From: an uncultured delta proteobacterium
GTDB taxonomy: Bacteria; Desulfobacterota; Desulfobacteria; Desulfobacterales; Desulfatirhabdiaceae
Direction of reading: 5' to 3'
DNA length: 64,000 bases
Assembly (NCBI GenBank): GCA_963789395.1
Contig: CAWBKP010000012.1
Coordinates: 96,001-160,000, forward strand
Every line of letters starts with the position of its first letter. The first letter of the stretch is position 1. Shown piece by piece: positions 1 through 10,250 of this stretch. The translations under genes were made by a program, and so were the position numbers. The notes beneath the pieces are model-generated. The model saw only the letters and a list, made by a program, of their open reading frames with translations, was not told the origin of the DNA and searched no databases.

Positions 1-15
1 ACGAAAACAGACCTT

Positions 16-984
16 ATGACCGACGTCCGCGGCTTTATGAAAAGCCGGGTGATTCTGACAGGTGCCGAACTCGACGTTTTTACCCGGCTGGACGGGAATT
101 TTCTGACGGCTGCCGAGCTGATCGGAGACCGTAATCTCGACGAACGGGCGACCACCCGCATCCTCGACTGCCTGGTTGCATTCAGCCTCCTCGAAAAGCA
201 GGACGCAAAGTACCGGACATCTCCGGCGGGATCGACGCTTTCGTCCCGTCATCCGGAATCCGTCCTTCCCATGGTCCGGCACATGAACCACATATGGCGC
301 AACTGGAGCCGTCTGACTGCCGTGGCCCAATGCGGGAGAAACCCGGATTTAAAGCCGGTTGTCGATGCGGAGCCGGAAGATGAGCGGCGTTCTTTTATCG
401 GCGCAATGCACGTGGCTGCCCGGCAGATTTCCATAAAAATTGCGGATGCATTTGATTCGCGCGCCCATGAAACGCTGCTGGATGTGGGCGGCGGCTCCGG
501 GGCTTACACCATTGCATTTCTGAAAAAAAACCCGCAACTGCGCGCCGTTGTTTTCGATCTGAAAAACGTGATTCCCATTACAAAAGAAAAGATCAGAGAG
601 GCGGGAATGGAAGACCGGGTGACGTTTGCAGCGGGGGATTTTTACAAAGACCCCCTTCCCGACGGGTGCGATCTGGCACTTCTGTCTGCCATCATTCACC
701 AGAACAGCCCCGATCAGAATCTGGCACTGTATCAGAAAATATACCGTGCCCTTCGCCGCGGCGGGTCGCTGCTCATCCGGGACCACATCATGGACACGAC
801 GCGCACCCGGCCGTCAGCCGGAGCGCTGTTTGCCCTGAACATGCTGGTCAACACACCGGCCGGCGACACCTACACGTTCGGCGAGGTCAAAGAGATCCTG
901 GAATCGGCGGGATTTAAAGACGTGGAATGGATCGTTTCCGGAGAAAAGATGGACAGTCTGGTTCGTGCCGTCAAGCCGGTGTAA
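16..984 (+). CDS. Class I SAM-dependent O-methyltransferase with N-terminal dimerisation domain (possibly 5'-truncated by the window edge)
   Basis: LLDVGGGSG motif I, VVFDL, FAAGDF, SAIIH; the frame is open back to base 1. Confidence 0.85.
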   Translation: MTDVRGFMKSRVILTGAELDVFTRLDGNFLTAAELIGDRNLDERATTRILDCLVAFSLLEKQDAKYRTSPAGSTLSSRHPESVLPMVRHMNHIWRNWSRLTAVAQCGRNPDLKPVVDAEPEDERRSFIGAMHVAARQISIKIADAFDSRAHETLLDVGGGSGAYTIAFLKKNPQLRAVVFDLKNVIPITKEKIREAGMEDRVTFAAGDFYKDPLPDGCDLALLSAIIHQNSPDQNLALYQKIYRALRRGGSLLIRDHIMDTTRTRPSAGALFALNMLVNTPAGDTYTFGEVKEILESAGFKDVEWIVSGEKMDSLVRAVKPV

Positions 985-1070
985 TCGTCTGTGCAGAACA
1001 CTTCAAATTCATGGGATGTTAAAGAATGGCAGTGGCGGCGCCAGGTTGCCCTTGGCGTTCAAAGGAAAAC

Positions 1071-1927
1071 ATGAAATACGCAAAATACCACGGCCTCGGG
1101 AATGACTACCTGGTGATCCGACCCGATGATGTCGACGGAGAGCTCAAGTCTGAACAGATTCAGCTTATTTGCCACCGGAACTATGGTGTAGGATCAGACG
1201 GGATTCTTCTAGGCCCACTCCCCAGTAATACCTGCGATTTCCGCCTTGGAATTTACAACCCCGACGGCAGCGAGGCGGAAAAGAGCGGTAATGGGCTTCG
1301 CATCTTTGCACGCTTTCTCTACGATCAGGGTTTGGTGCATGAATACCAGTTTGCAGTAGAGACACTTGGCGGTTCTGTCATCTGTTGGGTCCGGGACAGG
1401 GGAAAGGCCGTAACTGTGGAAATGGGAAAGGTGAGTTTTCTAAGCACCAAGATACCCGTTACCGGGAGAAGAGCGTGAAGTATTGCGGGAGCATATGGAT
1501 ATTGCAGACACTACCTTCGAGTATTGTGCGAGCTACCGTTGGAAATCCGCACTGCGTCATTCTCTGTGAGAAGCCCTCACCAGCGCTTGCTCGGCAATAT
1601 GGGCCTTTGATCGAGACGGACTCTCGTTTCCCGCACCGGACCAACGTTCAGTTTATGGAAGTCCTTGACCGTCAGAACGTCCGCATCGAAATATGGGAAC
1701 GCGGCGCCGGCTATACTCTTGCCTCGGGCAGCAGTAGCACTGCCGCCGCTGCCGTTGCCTATAGGCTCGGTCTTTGCGATCCCGCTATCACTGTACATAT
1801 GCCTGGTGGAGACCTTGCAATCCGGTTTGCTCAGGACTTCGCCGCCACAATGACCGGGCCGGTGACCCGTGTCTGCCAAGGTGTCATGGATCCCGAGATG
1901 TTCCAGTGGCCCCAAAAATCGATTTGA
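1071..1927 (+). CDS. dapF: Diaminopimelate epimerase family protein, Ser/Ser active-site variant; frameshift near 1460-1480
   Basis: KYHGLGNDY, GVGSDG, NPDGSEAEKSGNG (ORF 1026..1478) continue as VGNPHCV, FPHRTNVQF, WERGAGYTLASGSS (ORF 1385..1927); AAGGA before the ATG at 1071. Confidence 0.85.
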
Positions 1928-1984
1928 CATCATTTACCATGTGGATTTGCATCGCTATAAAAAGCCACATTATAGGGGTGCGTT

Positions 1985-2223
1985 ATGAGAACCATTCAGA
2001 TGACGCTTGACGATGATCTTGTAATAGAGCGGTGGATCGCGTATCAAAGGAACACAAGACAAGCCGTTCTGCTTTCGCTATAAAGGCGCTTCGTGACGCT
2101 CTTGCGCGCTATAGCTTGAGCAACTGGTACGCAAGCATCGCCGGGGGTACGAGCTGTACCCCCGGTTGACTCTGATGCGTTTTCGGCTTGGTAAACCGAG
2201 CACAGGCTTGGGGTGATGAATGA
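1985..2223 (+). pseudogene. Degraded ribbon-helix-helix (CopG-like) antitoxin
   Basis: Manual translation across several frameshifts: MRTIQMTLDDDLV..VDRVSKEHKTSRSAF..ALRDAL..RKHRRGYE..AWGDE; its stop overlaps the toxin ATG (ATGA 2220-2223). Confidence 0.65.
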
Positions 2224-2339
2224 AACACGGTGAAATACGATGGTACAAGTTCATATCGCCGGATAAAAAACGGCCGGTTCTCATCCTGACCCAAGATTCT
2301 GTGTATGAAGTTCCATGCCCGCTTCCCCTTTTCGAATGA
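2220..2339 (+). pseudogene. Truncated MazF/PemK-family toxin (N-terminus only)
   Basis: MKHGEIRWYKFISPDKKRPVLILTQDS matches the PemK N-terminal pattern (GEIxW..K-RPVLIL); resemblance ends near 2300. Confidence 0.7.
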
Positions 2340-3894
2340 CGATGTTCTGCTTCCAGCGCTCGTTATCTTCCCGGGGAAAATCATTCCGGAAATGAGACCC
2401 CCGGCTTTCAGTCCGCTCAAGCGCAGCCGTGCAGATCATCCTGGATACTTTTCTCATGTTCTGAAATTCCAGAAACCGGATCAATTCAACCGGCGATGTG
2501 ATGCGGGCTTCAGGACAGGGATTGCCCAACATGTCAACGGCGTGGCTCAGTCCCGTGTGCTGGCGGAGAATGCCGGCATTTTCCCACATCATCTCTTTCA
2601 ACGCTTGGATAAGATTTTCTGGAGACGCCCCTTGTGTTGAGAAAGTCTTCTCCAGCCTGAGTTTCTCTGCTTCCGCCATGGCGCTTACAGGGGCTGAAGC
2701 TCCGGATGCGGTTGCATCAATTCTGGCTGCTTCACCGACCACAGCCCCCATCGTAAATATTTCGGCCAGCGCATTGCCTCCAAGCCGATTCGCTCCGTGA
2801 GCGCCTGCCGTCACTTCGCCGACCGCGAAAAGGCCCCTGACCCCTGTTTTACCTGTTGTGTCCGTTATGACGCCGCCCATGCAAAAATGCGCGGTCGGTA
2901 AGACTGGAAATATTTTTTGCCCTTTCCACCACAATGCAGGCAGTATTGGCGCCAGCAGGGCAGCTTTTTCATCGGAAAGCGCTTCCAGATCCATGACGAC
3001 AACTCCTTCCCGGACCTCCTGCATCATCACCTGGGCAAGTTGGTCCCGGGTCACGGTCAGGAAATCCGTAATTCCCCGCTTTTTGAGGATATCCTCCTGA
3101 TTCCGGTTTTTCAATGCCACGCCTGGTTGTGCTAGGAGCTTTTCGTTCAGGAGCAGCCTGCTGCCGTGTTTGCCTCTTGCGGTAGGATAAAACTGGACAA
3201 ATTCCATATCCTGTAACGGCACCCCGATATCATAACAGAGTGCATGACCATCTCCGGTAATGCCGGGTACATTATTGGTATTTCGAAAAACATGTGCATA
3301 ACCGCCGGTCGCAAGCACGATGGATGAAGCCTGAAGCGTTATAAACCGTCCGTCTTCCGTGACGCCGCAAGCCCCTGCGATGCGGTTGTCCGATGTCAGC
3401 AGCCGGGTTACGAAAACATGTTCGATAAATCCGATACCGGCGTCCTGTGCATATCGCTTCAACGGCAGGACGATGTCACTGCCCTTCCAGTTTTCGCCGA
3501 ACACATGTCTGGGAAAGCTGTGGCCTGCAATGTGCATCAGCGCTAAATTTTGACCGTCCATACCGAAGTGCGCGCCGCACTTCTGCAAATAGTCGATCTC
3601 CGAACACGCCTGACGGGTAATTGCAGCCACCTTGGATGGATCGTTCAAAAACCGGCCGCCCGTCATTGTGTCCGCTGCATGGACATCCGAGCTGTCCTCG
3701 GCCTTTCCTAATCCCGAAGCGGCGATAATGCCCTTGGATATATAGGTGTTGGTCAACTGTCCGATTTTGAATTTGGATACCATCAGCACCCGGGCACCGG
3801 CCGCCCTTGCGGCAATGGCCGCCCGCAGTCCTGCTCCGCCCCCGCCGATGACAAGCACATCGCACGAGAGAATTTCATCCTGCTTCAATTGCAT
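2281..3894 (-). CDS. FAD-dependent oxidoreductase, SdhA/FrdA/NadB flavoprotein family (stand-alone)
   Basis: DVLVIGGGGAG, AGHSFPR, VLATGG, MEFVQFYPT, AHFCMGG, HGANRLGGNAL, RTESRGSHFR. Confidence 0.85.
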   Translation of the reverse strand: MQLKQDEILSCDVLVIGGGGAGLRAAIAARAAGARVLMVSKFKIGQLTNTYISKGIIAASGLGKAEDSSDVHAADTMTGGRFLNDPSKVAAITRQACSEIDYLQKCGAHFGMDGQNLALMHIAGHSFPRHVFGENWKGSDIVLPLKRYAQDAGIGFIEHVFVTRLLTSDNRIAGACGVTEDGRFITLQASSIVLATGGYAHVFRNTNNVPGITGDGHALCYDIGVPLQDMEFVQFYPTARGKHGSRLLLNEKLLAQPGVALKNRNQEDILKKRGITDFLTVTRDQLAQVMMQEVREGVVVMDLEALSDEKAALLAPILPALWWKGQKIFPVLPTAHFCMGGVITDTTGKTGVRGLFAVGEVTAGAHGANRLGGNALAEIFTMGAVVGEAARIDATASGASAPVSAMAEAEKLRLEKTFSTQGASPENLIQALKEMMWENAGILRQHTGLSHAVDMLGNPCPEARITSPVELIRFLEFQNMRKVSRMICTAALERTESRGSHFRNDFPREDNERWKQNIVIRKGEAGMELHTQNLGSG

Positions 3895-3931
3895 GTTTTT
3901 CTCCTTGTTGAACGGTTCAAGGCCTCACCGA

Positions 3932-3959
3932 ATTATATTCCGGCAAGGCTTTCTGTCAA
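3932..3959 (-). promoter_or_regulatory. Sigma70-type promoter of the flavoprotein gene
   Basis: Minus strand reads TTGACA-16 nt-TATAAT (perfect hexamers), about 40 bp upstream of the ATG, which has an AAGGAG RBS. Confidence 0.7.
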
Positions 3960-4223
3960 TGTCACAGCCGTTTACGTGATATTCTATCAACTTTCAAGCA
4001 AATACGCAAATTCTTGAAAATGGGAATCGCTCATGGTTTAACTTTGAGTCATTCAGCTGGCAAGATACACGCAACGCCTTCTGCGATACCCTGATCCGGT
4101 TCCTTCGGAATTTGGTATGCAACAGCAATGATCTTTTCTGTTACAATTTGACATGTAAAACGCTTTTTGAGATACATCAGAAAGTTAAAAAAGTATTTTC
4201 TATTTTTCCCTGAGGTGAAAGAT

Positions 4224-6581
4224 ATGGCGAACTTGAGTCTTGCAGAATGGTTGACACGCACCGAAAGCAGCCGGCGCTTCAGGGAAAACGCAACCGCGAT
4301 TACGCACATCCCTGCATCTGACGGCAGTTTTGCCCCATACCCGAAATGGGTGAACCCGAGTCTTTACGCAGTCCTTGCCAGGCGGGGGATGTCCCGGCTA
4401 TACAGCCATCAGGCGCGTGCCGTTGAGCTCATCCGCCAGGGCAGGGACGTGGTGCTGGTAACGCCCACCGCCAGCGGCAAGACGCTCTGTTACAATCTGC
4501 CCGTTCTCCAGAGGATACTGGATGAGCCGGAGACACGCGCCCTGTATCTTTTTCCCACCAAGGCCCTTGCCAATGATCAGATGAATGAGGTGCACGGCCT
4601 CATCGGTGAGCTAAAGGCCGACATCAAGACTTTCACCTATGACGGTGACACGCCGGATGATGCCAGGCAGGCTATCCGCAAGCAGGGCCATGTCGTGGTG
4701 ACCAATCCCGACATGCTGCATACCGGTATCCTGCCCCATCATACAAAGTGGCAGAAGCTGTTTGCCAACCTGAAATATGTGGTGGTGGATGAGCTGCACA
4801 TTTACCGGGGCGTGTTCGGCAGCCATGTCACCAATGTGTTCCGCCGGTTGAAAAGGATCTGCCGCTTCTACGGGCAGGACCCGGTGTTTATCTGCTGCTC
4901 GGCCACGGTGGCTAATCCCCGAGAGCATGCAGAGAACCTGCTGGAGCGGGAAGTAGCCCTTGTCGATGAAAGCGGCGCACCCCGGGCTGAAAAGACATTC
5001 ATTCTCTACAACCCGCCGATCATCAACCGGGAGCTTGGCATCCGCCAATCAGCGCTCACCCCCGCGCGCAAAATCGCAAGCAAACTTATCGCCAACAAGA
5101 TTCAGACGATTGTATTTGCCACGAGCCGGCTCAACGTTGAGGTGCTCACCAAATACCTCAAGGATATTTTCCGCTCAAAGATTCCCGCTGACCACTACGT
5201 GACCGGCTACCGGGGTGGCTACCTGCCCCTGCTCAGGCGGGATATCGAAAAGGGTCTAAGGGATCGCAGCGTCATGGGGGTTGTGAGCACCAATGCCCTG
5301 GAGCTTGGCATCGACATCGGCGATATGGAAGCATGCATCATGGCGGGCTACCCCGGCTCCATCGCCAGCGCCTGGCAGCAGGCGGGCAGGGCCGGCCGCA
5401 GGGCCGGCCGGAGTCTTGCCATCCTGATTGCCAAGAGCAACCCCATGGACCAGTTCATCGTTCAGAATCCGGATTATTTTTTCACCCGATCCCCCGAGCA
5501 CTGCCGGGTGAACCCGGATAATCTCATCATCCTGCTGCACCACATCAAGAGCGCAGCCTTTGAGCTGCCTTTCGAGGAAGGCGAACGGTTCGGCAGGGAG
5601 GATCTCATGGAGCTGCTGAGCTATCTGGAAGAAAAAGGCGTGCTTCACCGGGTGGATCAGCGCTGGCACTGGGCGGCCGACAGCTACCCTGCGGACGAGG
5701 TGAGCTTAAGGACCGTCAATCCGGAGAATGTGGTGGTGGTTGATACGACCGAAACGGCCAACCACAAGGTGATCGCCGAGGTGGACTGGGACAGCGCGTT
5801 CACCACGGTCCATGATGATGCCATATACATGGTGGCATCCCAGCAGTACCACGTGGACAAGCTCGACCTGGAGCGCAAGAAGGCATACGTCAGAAAAGTG
5901 GATGTCGATTATTACACGGATGCCATGACATACACCAATGTGCGCGTTATGGACGACTTTAACAAGAAGATGAAGGGCGGCATCATCGTCGAACACGGCG
6001 AGGTCCAGGTGTCTCGCAAAGTGGTGGGATACAAAAAAATAAAGTTTTATACATCGGAGAATGTGGGTTACGGCGACGTAAACCTGCCGCAGAAGGACAT
6101 GCACACGACCAGCTACTGGTTTACCATCCCCTGGAACCTGCTGGATTTCCTTGAGCTCAGTCGCGAGGAAATTATCGACGGCCTTTCAGGGCTTGCCTAC
6201 TGCCTGCACCACATCTGTGCCATGCTGGTGATGTCGGACATCCGCGATATCGACCGGTGCATCGGCGACAAGAGCGGCGAGTGGTTTGTGCGATACGGCA
6301 AAGACCGCCGGGTCATTACCGAAAGCCCGGGCCAGCCAACAAACGTCATGGAAAATGCCTATGATCCCACGGTATTCATCTTTGATGCCTACCCGGGCGG
6401 AATCGGCTTTTCAGACAACCTGTTCGAACGGCATGACGAGTTGATCCGGGCGGCACGATCGCTCATCTCTTCCTGCCCGTGCGACCACGGGTGCCCCATG
6501 TGCGTAGGTCCGACACTCGAAGTAGGACCGTCGGCAAAGCATGCAGCCATGGGCCTCCTTGAGTTGATGGAAAGCTCATGA
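4224..6581 (+). CDS. mrfA: DEAH-box helicase with C-terminal DUF1998 (MrfA/YprA/Hrq1 family)
   Basis: PTASGKT, PTKALANDQ, DELH, SAT, STNALELGIDIG, QQAGRAGR, DAYPGGIG, C-terminal CPCxxGCPxC; start placed at the ATG after GAGGTG. Confidence 0.9.
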   Translation: MANLSLAEWLTRTESSRRFRENATAITHIPASDGSFAPYPKWVNPSLYAVLARRGMSRLYSHQARAVELIRQGRDVVLVTPTASGKTLCYNLPVLQRILDEPETRALYLFPTKALANDQMNEVHGLIGELKADIKTFTYDGDTPDDARQAIRKQGHVVVTNPDMLHTGILPHHTKWQKLFANLKYVVVDELHIYRGVFGSHVTNVFRRLKRICRFYGQDPVFICCSATVANPREHAENLLEREVALVDESGAPRAEKTFILYNPPIINRELGIRQSALTPARKIASKLIANKIQTIVFATSRLNVEVLTKYLKDIFRSKIPADHYVTGYRGGYLPLLRRDIEKGLRDRSVMGVVSTNALELGIDIGDMEACIMAGYPGSIASAWQQAGRAGRRAGRSLAILIAKSNPMDQFIVQNPDYFFTRSPEHCRVNPDNLIILLHHIKSAAFELPFEEGERFGREDLMELLSYLEEKGVLHRVDQRWHWAADSYPADEVSLRTVNPENVVVVDTTETANHKVIAEVDWDSAFTTVHDDAIYMVASQQYHVDKLDLERKKAYVRKVDVDYYTDAMTYTNVRVMDDFNKKMKGGIIVEHGEVQVSRKVVGYKKIKFYTSENVGYGDVNLPQKDMHTTSYWFTIPWNLLDFLELSREEIIDGLSGLAYCLHHICAMLVMSDIRDIDRCIGDKSGEWFVRYGKDRRVITESPGQPTNVMENAYDPTVFIFDAYPGGIGFSDNLFERHDELIRAARSLISSCPCDHGCPMCVGPTLEVGPSAKHAAMGLLELMESS

Positions 6582-7927
6582 GCCTCAAGGACAGACTCGA
6601 TCGCCTGTCGGGTGAAGCCGGCAGCCCCTTTCAAGCAGATCTGAAGCAAGACAGCGTCAGCGAGCTGCGCAGCAGAATCAATGCGATCATGAACCGCAGG
6701 GAGCGCCTGGGAGCGCCAACCATCCCTGAGGTGAAAGACCGTGCCGTCTCATTGGAGAGCGTGGTTAGCGGGGAGGAGGTAAAGACACCGCAAGGCAGAT
6801 TTTTCCTTTCACGCAGCAGGTTAGATGCCGCGGACTTTCATGGACACTCGCGGGTCGGCGACCTGGTATGCCCCGGAATGGAGGCCGTGGCCTTTCTTGC
6901 CGGTGCTGATGTGCTGAAGGGTCTGTCCGTGGAGGATGGCCTGTTTCTTGACACCGAGACCACGGGCCTTGCGGGCGGCACCGGGACTTTTCCGTTTCTT
7001 ATCGGGCTCGGGTGGTTTGAAGACGGCAGCTTTATCACCTGTCAGCTCTTTGCGCGGGATTTTTCGGAAGAACCTGCCATGCTCGCATTTTTGTGCGAAC
7101 AGGCATCCAGGAAGAGATTCCTGGTGACCTTCAACGGCAGGGCCTATGACCTGAACCTCATCGCGACCCGATTCATCCTGAACCGGTCTCGGGATCTGCT
7201 TGCCGGCATGCCGCACCTGGATCTGCTCCACCCGAGCAGGCGGATCTATTCCCGCCGCCTGGAAAATGTCAGACTTGTGACCCTGGAGGCATCCGTGCTC
7301 GGGGTCAGGCGCGGACAGGATGTGCCCGGCCACGAGATCCCCCAGCGCTATTTCGACTGGCTCAGGAGCCGAGACGGCAGATTCATGGCGGATGTATTCC
7401 GGCACAACCGGCTGGATATTATTTCCATGGCATCCCTGCTGAAGCACGTAACGGACCTTGTGGAAGGTCGGCATAACGCTGCGTATAGCCATCACGACGA
7501 CCTTCTCTCGGTTGCGAAACTGCATTACGATCGCGGCGACTTTGCGTCTGCAGGCCGTATTTTGGAGCCCTTGTCCCGCTCCGTGCAGCCGGGGGTTGCC
7601 CGGAGCGCCCGGATGGCTCTGTCTGTGATCAAAAAGAAGACGAACCAATGGACGGATGCCGTATCTGTCTGGAAAGAGATGATCGCTTTGGATCCCTATG
7701 ATGTTTTTGCCGTCGAAGAGCTTGCCAAATGGTATGAGCATCATGTCCGCGAATTCAGCCTTGCTGCGGAGATAGTGGCCGGAATACTTGACGGAAAGAG
7801 GCTGGATGAGCCGGATCGCCTTGCCATGGCGCATCGCCTGCGGCGTCTCCTTCATAAATCCTCCCGGTGCCGCCAGGCGCCGGGGAACAGGGTCATACAT
7901 GACCGTAACCTGACCCGTTGTCTTTAA
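6578..7927 (+). CDS. mrfB: RNase H-like (DEDD) exonuclease with TPR-like C-terminus (MrfB/YprB family)
   Basis: FLDTETTGLAGGTGT, VTFNGRAYD, HLDLLH, HNRLDI; ATGA overlap with the helicase stop. Confidence 0.85.
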   Translation: MSLKDRLDRLSGEAGSPFQADLKQDSVSELRSRINAIMNRRERLGAPTIPEVKDRAVSLESVVSGEEVKTPQGRFFLSRSRLDAADFHGHSRVGDLVCPGMEAVAFLAGADVLKGLSVEDGLFLDTETTGLAGGTGTFPFLIGLGWFEDGSFITCQLFARDFSEEPAMLAFLCEQASRKRFLVTFNGRAYDLNLIATRFILNRSRDLLAGMPHLDLLHPSRRIYSRRLENVRLVTLEASVLGVRRGQDVPGHEIPQRYFDWLRSRDGRFMADVFRHNRLDIISMASLLKHVTDLVEGRHNAAYSHHDDLLSVAKLHYDRGDFASAGRILEPLSRSVQPGVARSARMALSVIKKKTNQWTDAVSVWKEMIALDPYDVFAVEELAKWYEHHVREFSLAAEIVAGILDGKRLDEPDRLAMAHRLRRLLHKSSRCRQAPGNRVIHDRNLTRCL

Positions 7928-8106
7928 ATGGCGACAGCGATGTGCTGACAAGTATGCAAACGGATGGTATGCATTTATTCTACTGCTACAATAACCGGTT
8001 GCATCATCAGACCTGGCAGTGCGCGGTTTGTGCCGTATTCACGGGTCCATCGTGAAATTTATGTTGAAGATACGGCAATGTCAGTTGGTTTTTCGGAGGA
8101 ATCGAC

Positions 8107-10250
8107 GTGCAAACAATACCGGTGTTTTGCGGTAAGGACTGCGGTGGCAATGCCTGCCCGCTGATGGCAAGGATTGAAAACGGTCGCGTCACCCGCATCT
8201 TCAATAATCCGGCCGGCGGGAAGTACCTAAAAGGCTGCATGCGCGGGTTTAACCTGCCCAAGGAGCTCTACGCCAAGGGCCGGATCCTCAAACCATTGTG
8301 CCGGGTTGGAGAACGCGGTTCGGGTAGGTTCCGCGAGGCCAGCTGGGATGAGGCGCTGCATCTTACCGCAGATAAACTGGGTGAAATCCGCTCGAAATTC
8401 GGTGCCAACGCCATCCTGAGTCTGGCCAGTTCGGGATCAACCAGTGCACTGCACGGCACTGAACCGCTGCTGCGTCGTTTTCTGAATCTCTTCGGCGGCT
8501 GTACAACGCTAAAAAGCAATTACAGCAATGCCGCTGCCAGCTTCATTCTGCCCTATCTCCTGGGCGAGCAGTGGAAGGTATCTGGTTTTGATGCGGCAAA
8601 CATGCAGTATTCAGAAAATGATTATCCTGTGGGGAGCAAACGTGCTGGCGGCGCGCCTGGGAACCGAAATAAACCAGCGCCTGATCGAGGCGAGACGGCG
8701 GGGAGCCCGGATTGTGGTGATTGACCCGCGACGGTCGGAGACGGCAACGCATACCGGTGCCTGGTGGCTTGCCTGCCGTCCCGGAACGGATGCGGCACTG
8801 ATGCTGGCCGTTCTCTATGTTCTGGTCACGGAGAATCTCGTAGACCGGCCGTTTATTTCGGCCCACAGCGTGGGGTTTGGGCAGCTTGAAAGTTACGTTC
8901 TGGGTCAGGAGAGCAACCAGGCCCGTACACCCCGCTGGGCCGAAAGCATTTGCGGTGTTCCGGCCGGGGAGATTGAAGGCTTTGCACGCGCCTATGGCGC
9001 GGCAAAGCCGGCCATGCTGCTGCCGGGCTACTCCATCCAGCGGGTTTTTGCCGGCGAAGAAACGTACCGCCGAGCGAGTGGCGCTTCAGGTCGCCACCGG
9101 GAATTTCGGCCGTCGCGGCGGTTCCACCGGATCGCTGAACAACCGCCTCCCGACGCCGCGGGTAGGGTCGCTGCCGGTTCCCGGGATACCCGGCCAACCG
9201 TCCGTGCCCGTTTTGCGCTGGCCCGACGCCATTTTGGAGGGCCGCCGGGGAGGATACCCGGAAGACATCCACGCCATCTACAACGCGGGCAGCAATTTTC
9301 TCAACCAGGGAAGCGACATCCCCAAAAACCTCTCGGCCTTCAAAAAAGTGGATTTTGCCGTCTGCCATGAGATTTTCATGACCCCGACTGCCAGAAACTG
9401 CGACGTTATTTTCCCGGCGGCCCATGCGCTGGAAAAAGAAGATATCGGCATCCCTTGGTTGGGCAATTTTCTGGCCTATAAGCCCCGGGCAGTGACGCCC
9501 CGGGGAGAGTCGCGCTGCGACTATGATATTTTCTGCGACCTGGCGGATCGGCTGGGTTTCGGGCAGGCGTTTTCAGAAGATCGCAGTGCGGAGGCATGGG
9601 TCGAGCATTTCCTGAAACACTCGGAAGTGCCGGACCATTCAGATTTTCGCCGCTCCGGCCTCTACCTGTCTTCAGAGCAGGAAAGGGTGGGGCTGTCTGA
9701 ATTTGCCGCAGAGCCGCTTCGCCATCCGCTGGGCACGCCGTCCGGCAAGGTGGAAATTGCCAGTGAAAGCTACCACCGAAAGACCGGCTACCCGGCGATT
9801 CCCACCTGGCTGGAGCCGCCGCTGGATCCCCGCTACCCGCTGCGGCTCCTCACCCCGAAATCGCCTTGTCGCACCCACTCTCAAGGCAGCGACTTGCCGG
9901 CCATCCGGCGAAGGGCCGCTCACGCCCTGGAAATGAACCCCGGGGATGCCGCCGAGCGAGGGATTGGCGATGGAGAGAGGGTGCGGTTGTTCAACTACCG
10001 GGGGGCAGCGCTCCTGCCTGTCCGGCTGAGCGCTGACCTGATTCCCGGTGTCGTTTGTCTGCCGGAAGGGGTCTGGGTCCAATTGAACGATGCCGGAATA
10101 GACACGGCCGGATCGGCCAATATGTTTACGGACACCGGGGGCACGGCTCCCGGCGTCGCCTGTATCATGCATGGCATGGGGGTTGAGGTCAGACGAATTG
10201 ATGGTAACGCTCAGAATTCAACCACCGGGGTCAAGGGGATTTCCGGGTAG
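8107..10250 (+). CDS. Molybdopterin-dependent oxidoreductase (DMSO reductase family, DmsA-like catalytic subunit); two frameshifts (about 8620 and 9070)
   Basis: N-terminal CGKDCGGNAC..C Fe-S motif, RILKPL, ASWDEAL, NYS, IILWGAN, VIDPR, RPGTDAAL, TPTARNCDVIFPA, TPSGKVE, RTHSQ, MNPGDA across ORFs 8107, 8528 and 8877. Confidence 0.85.
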
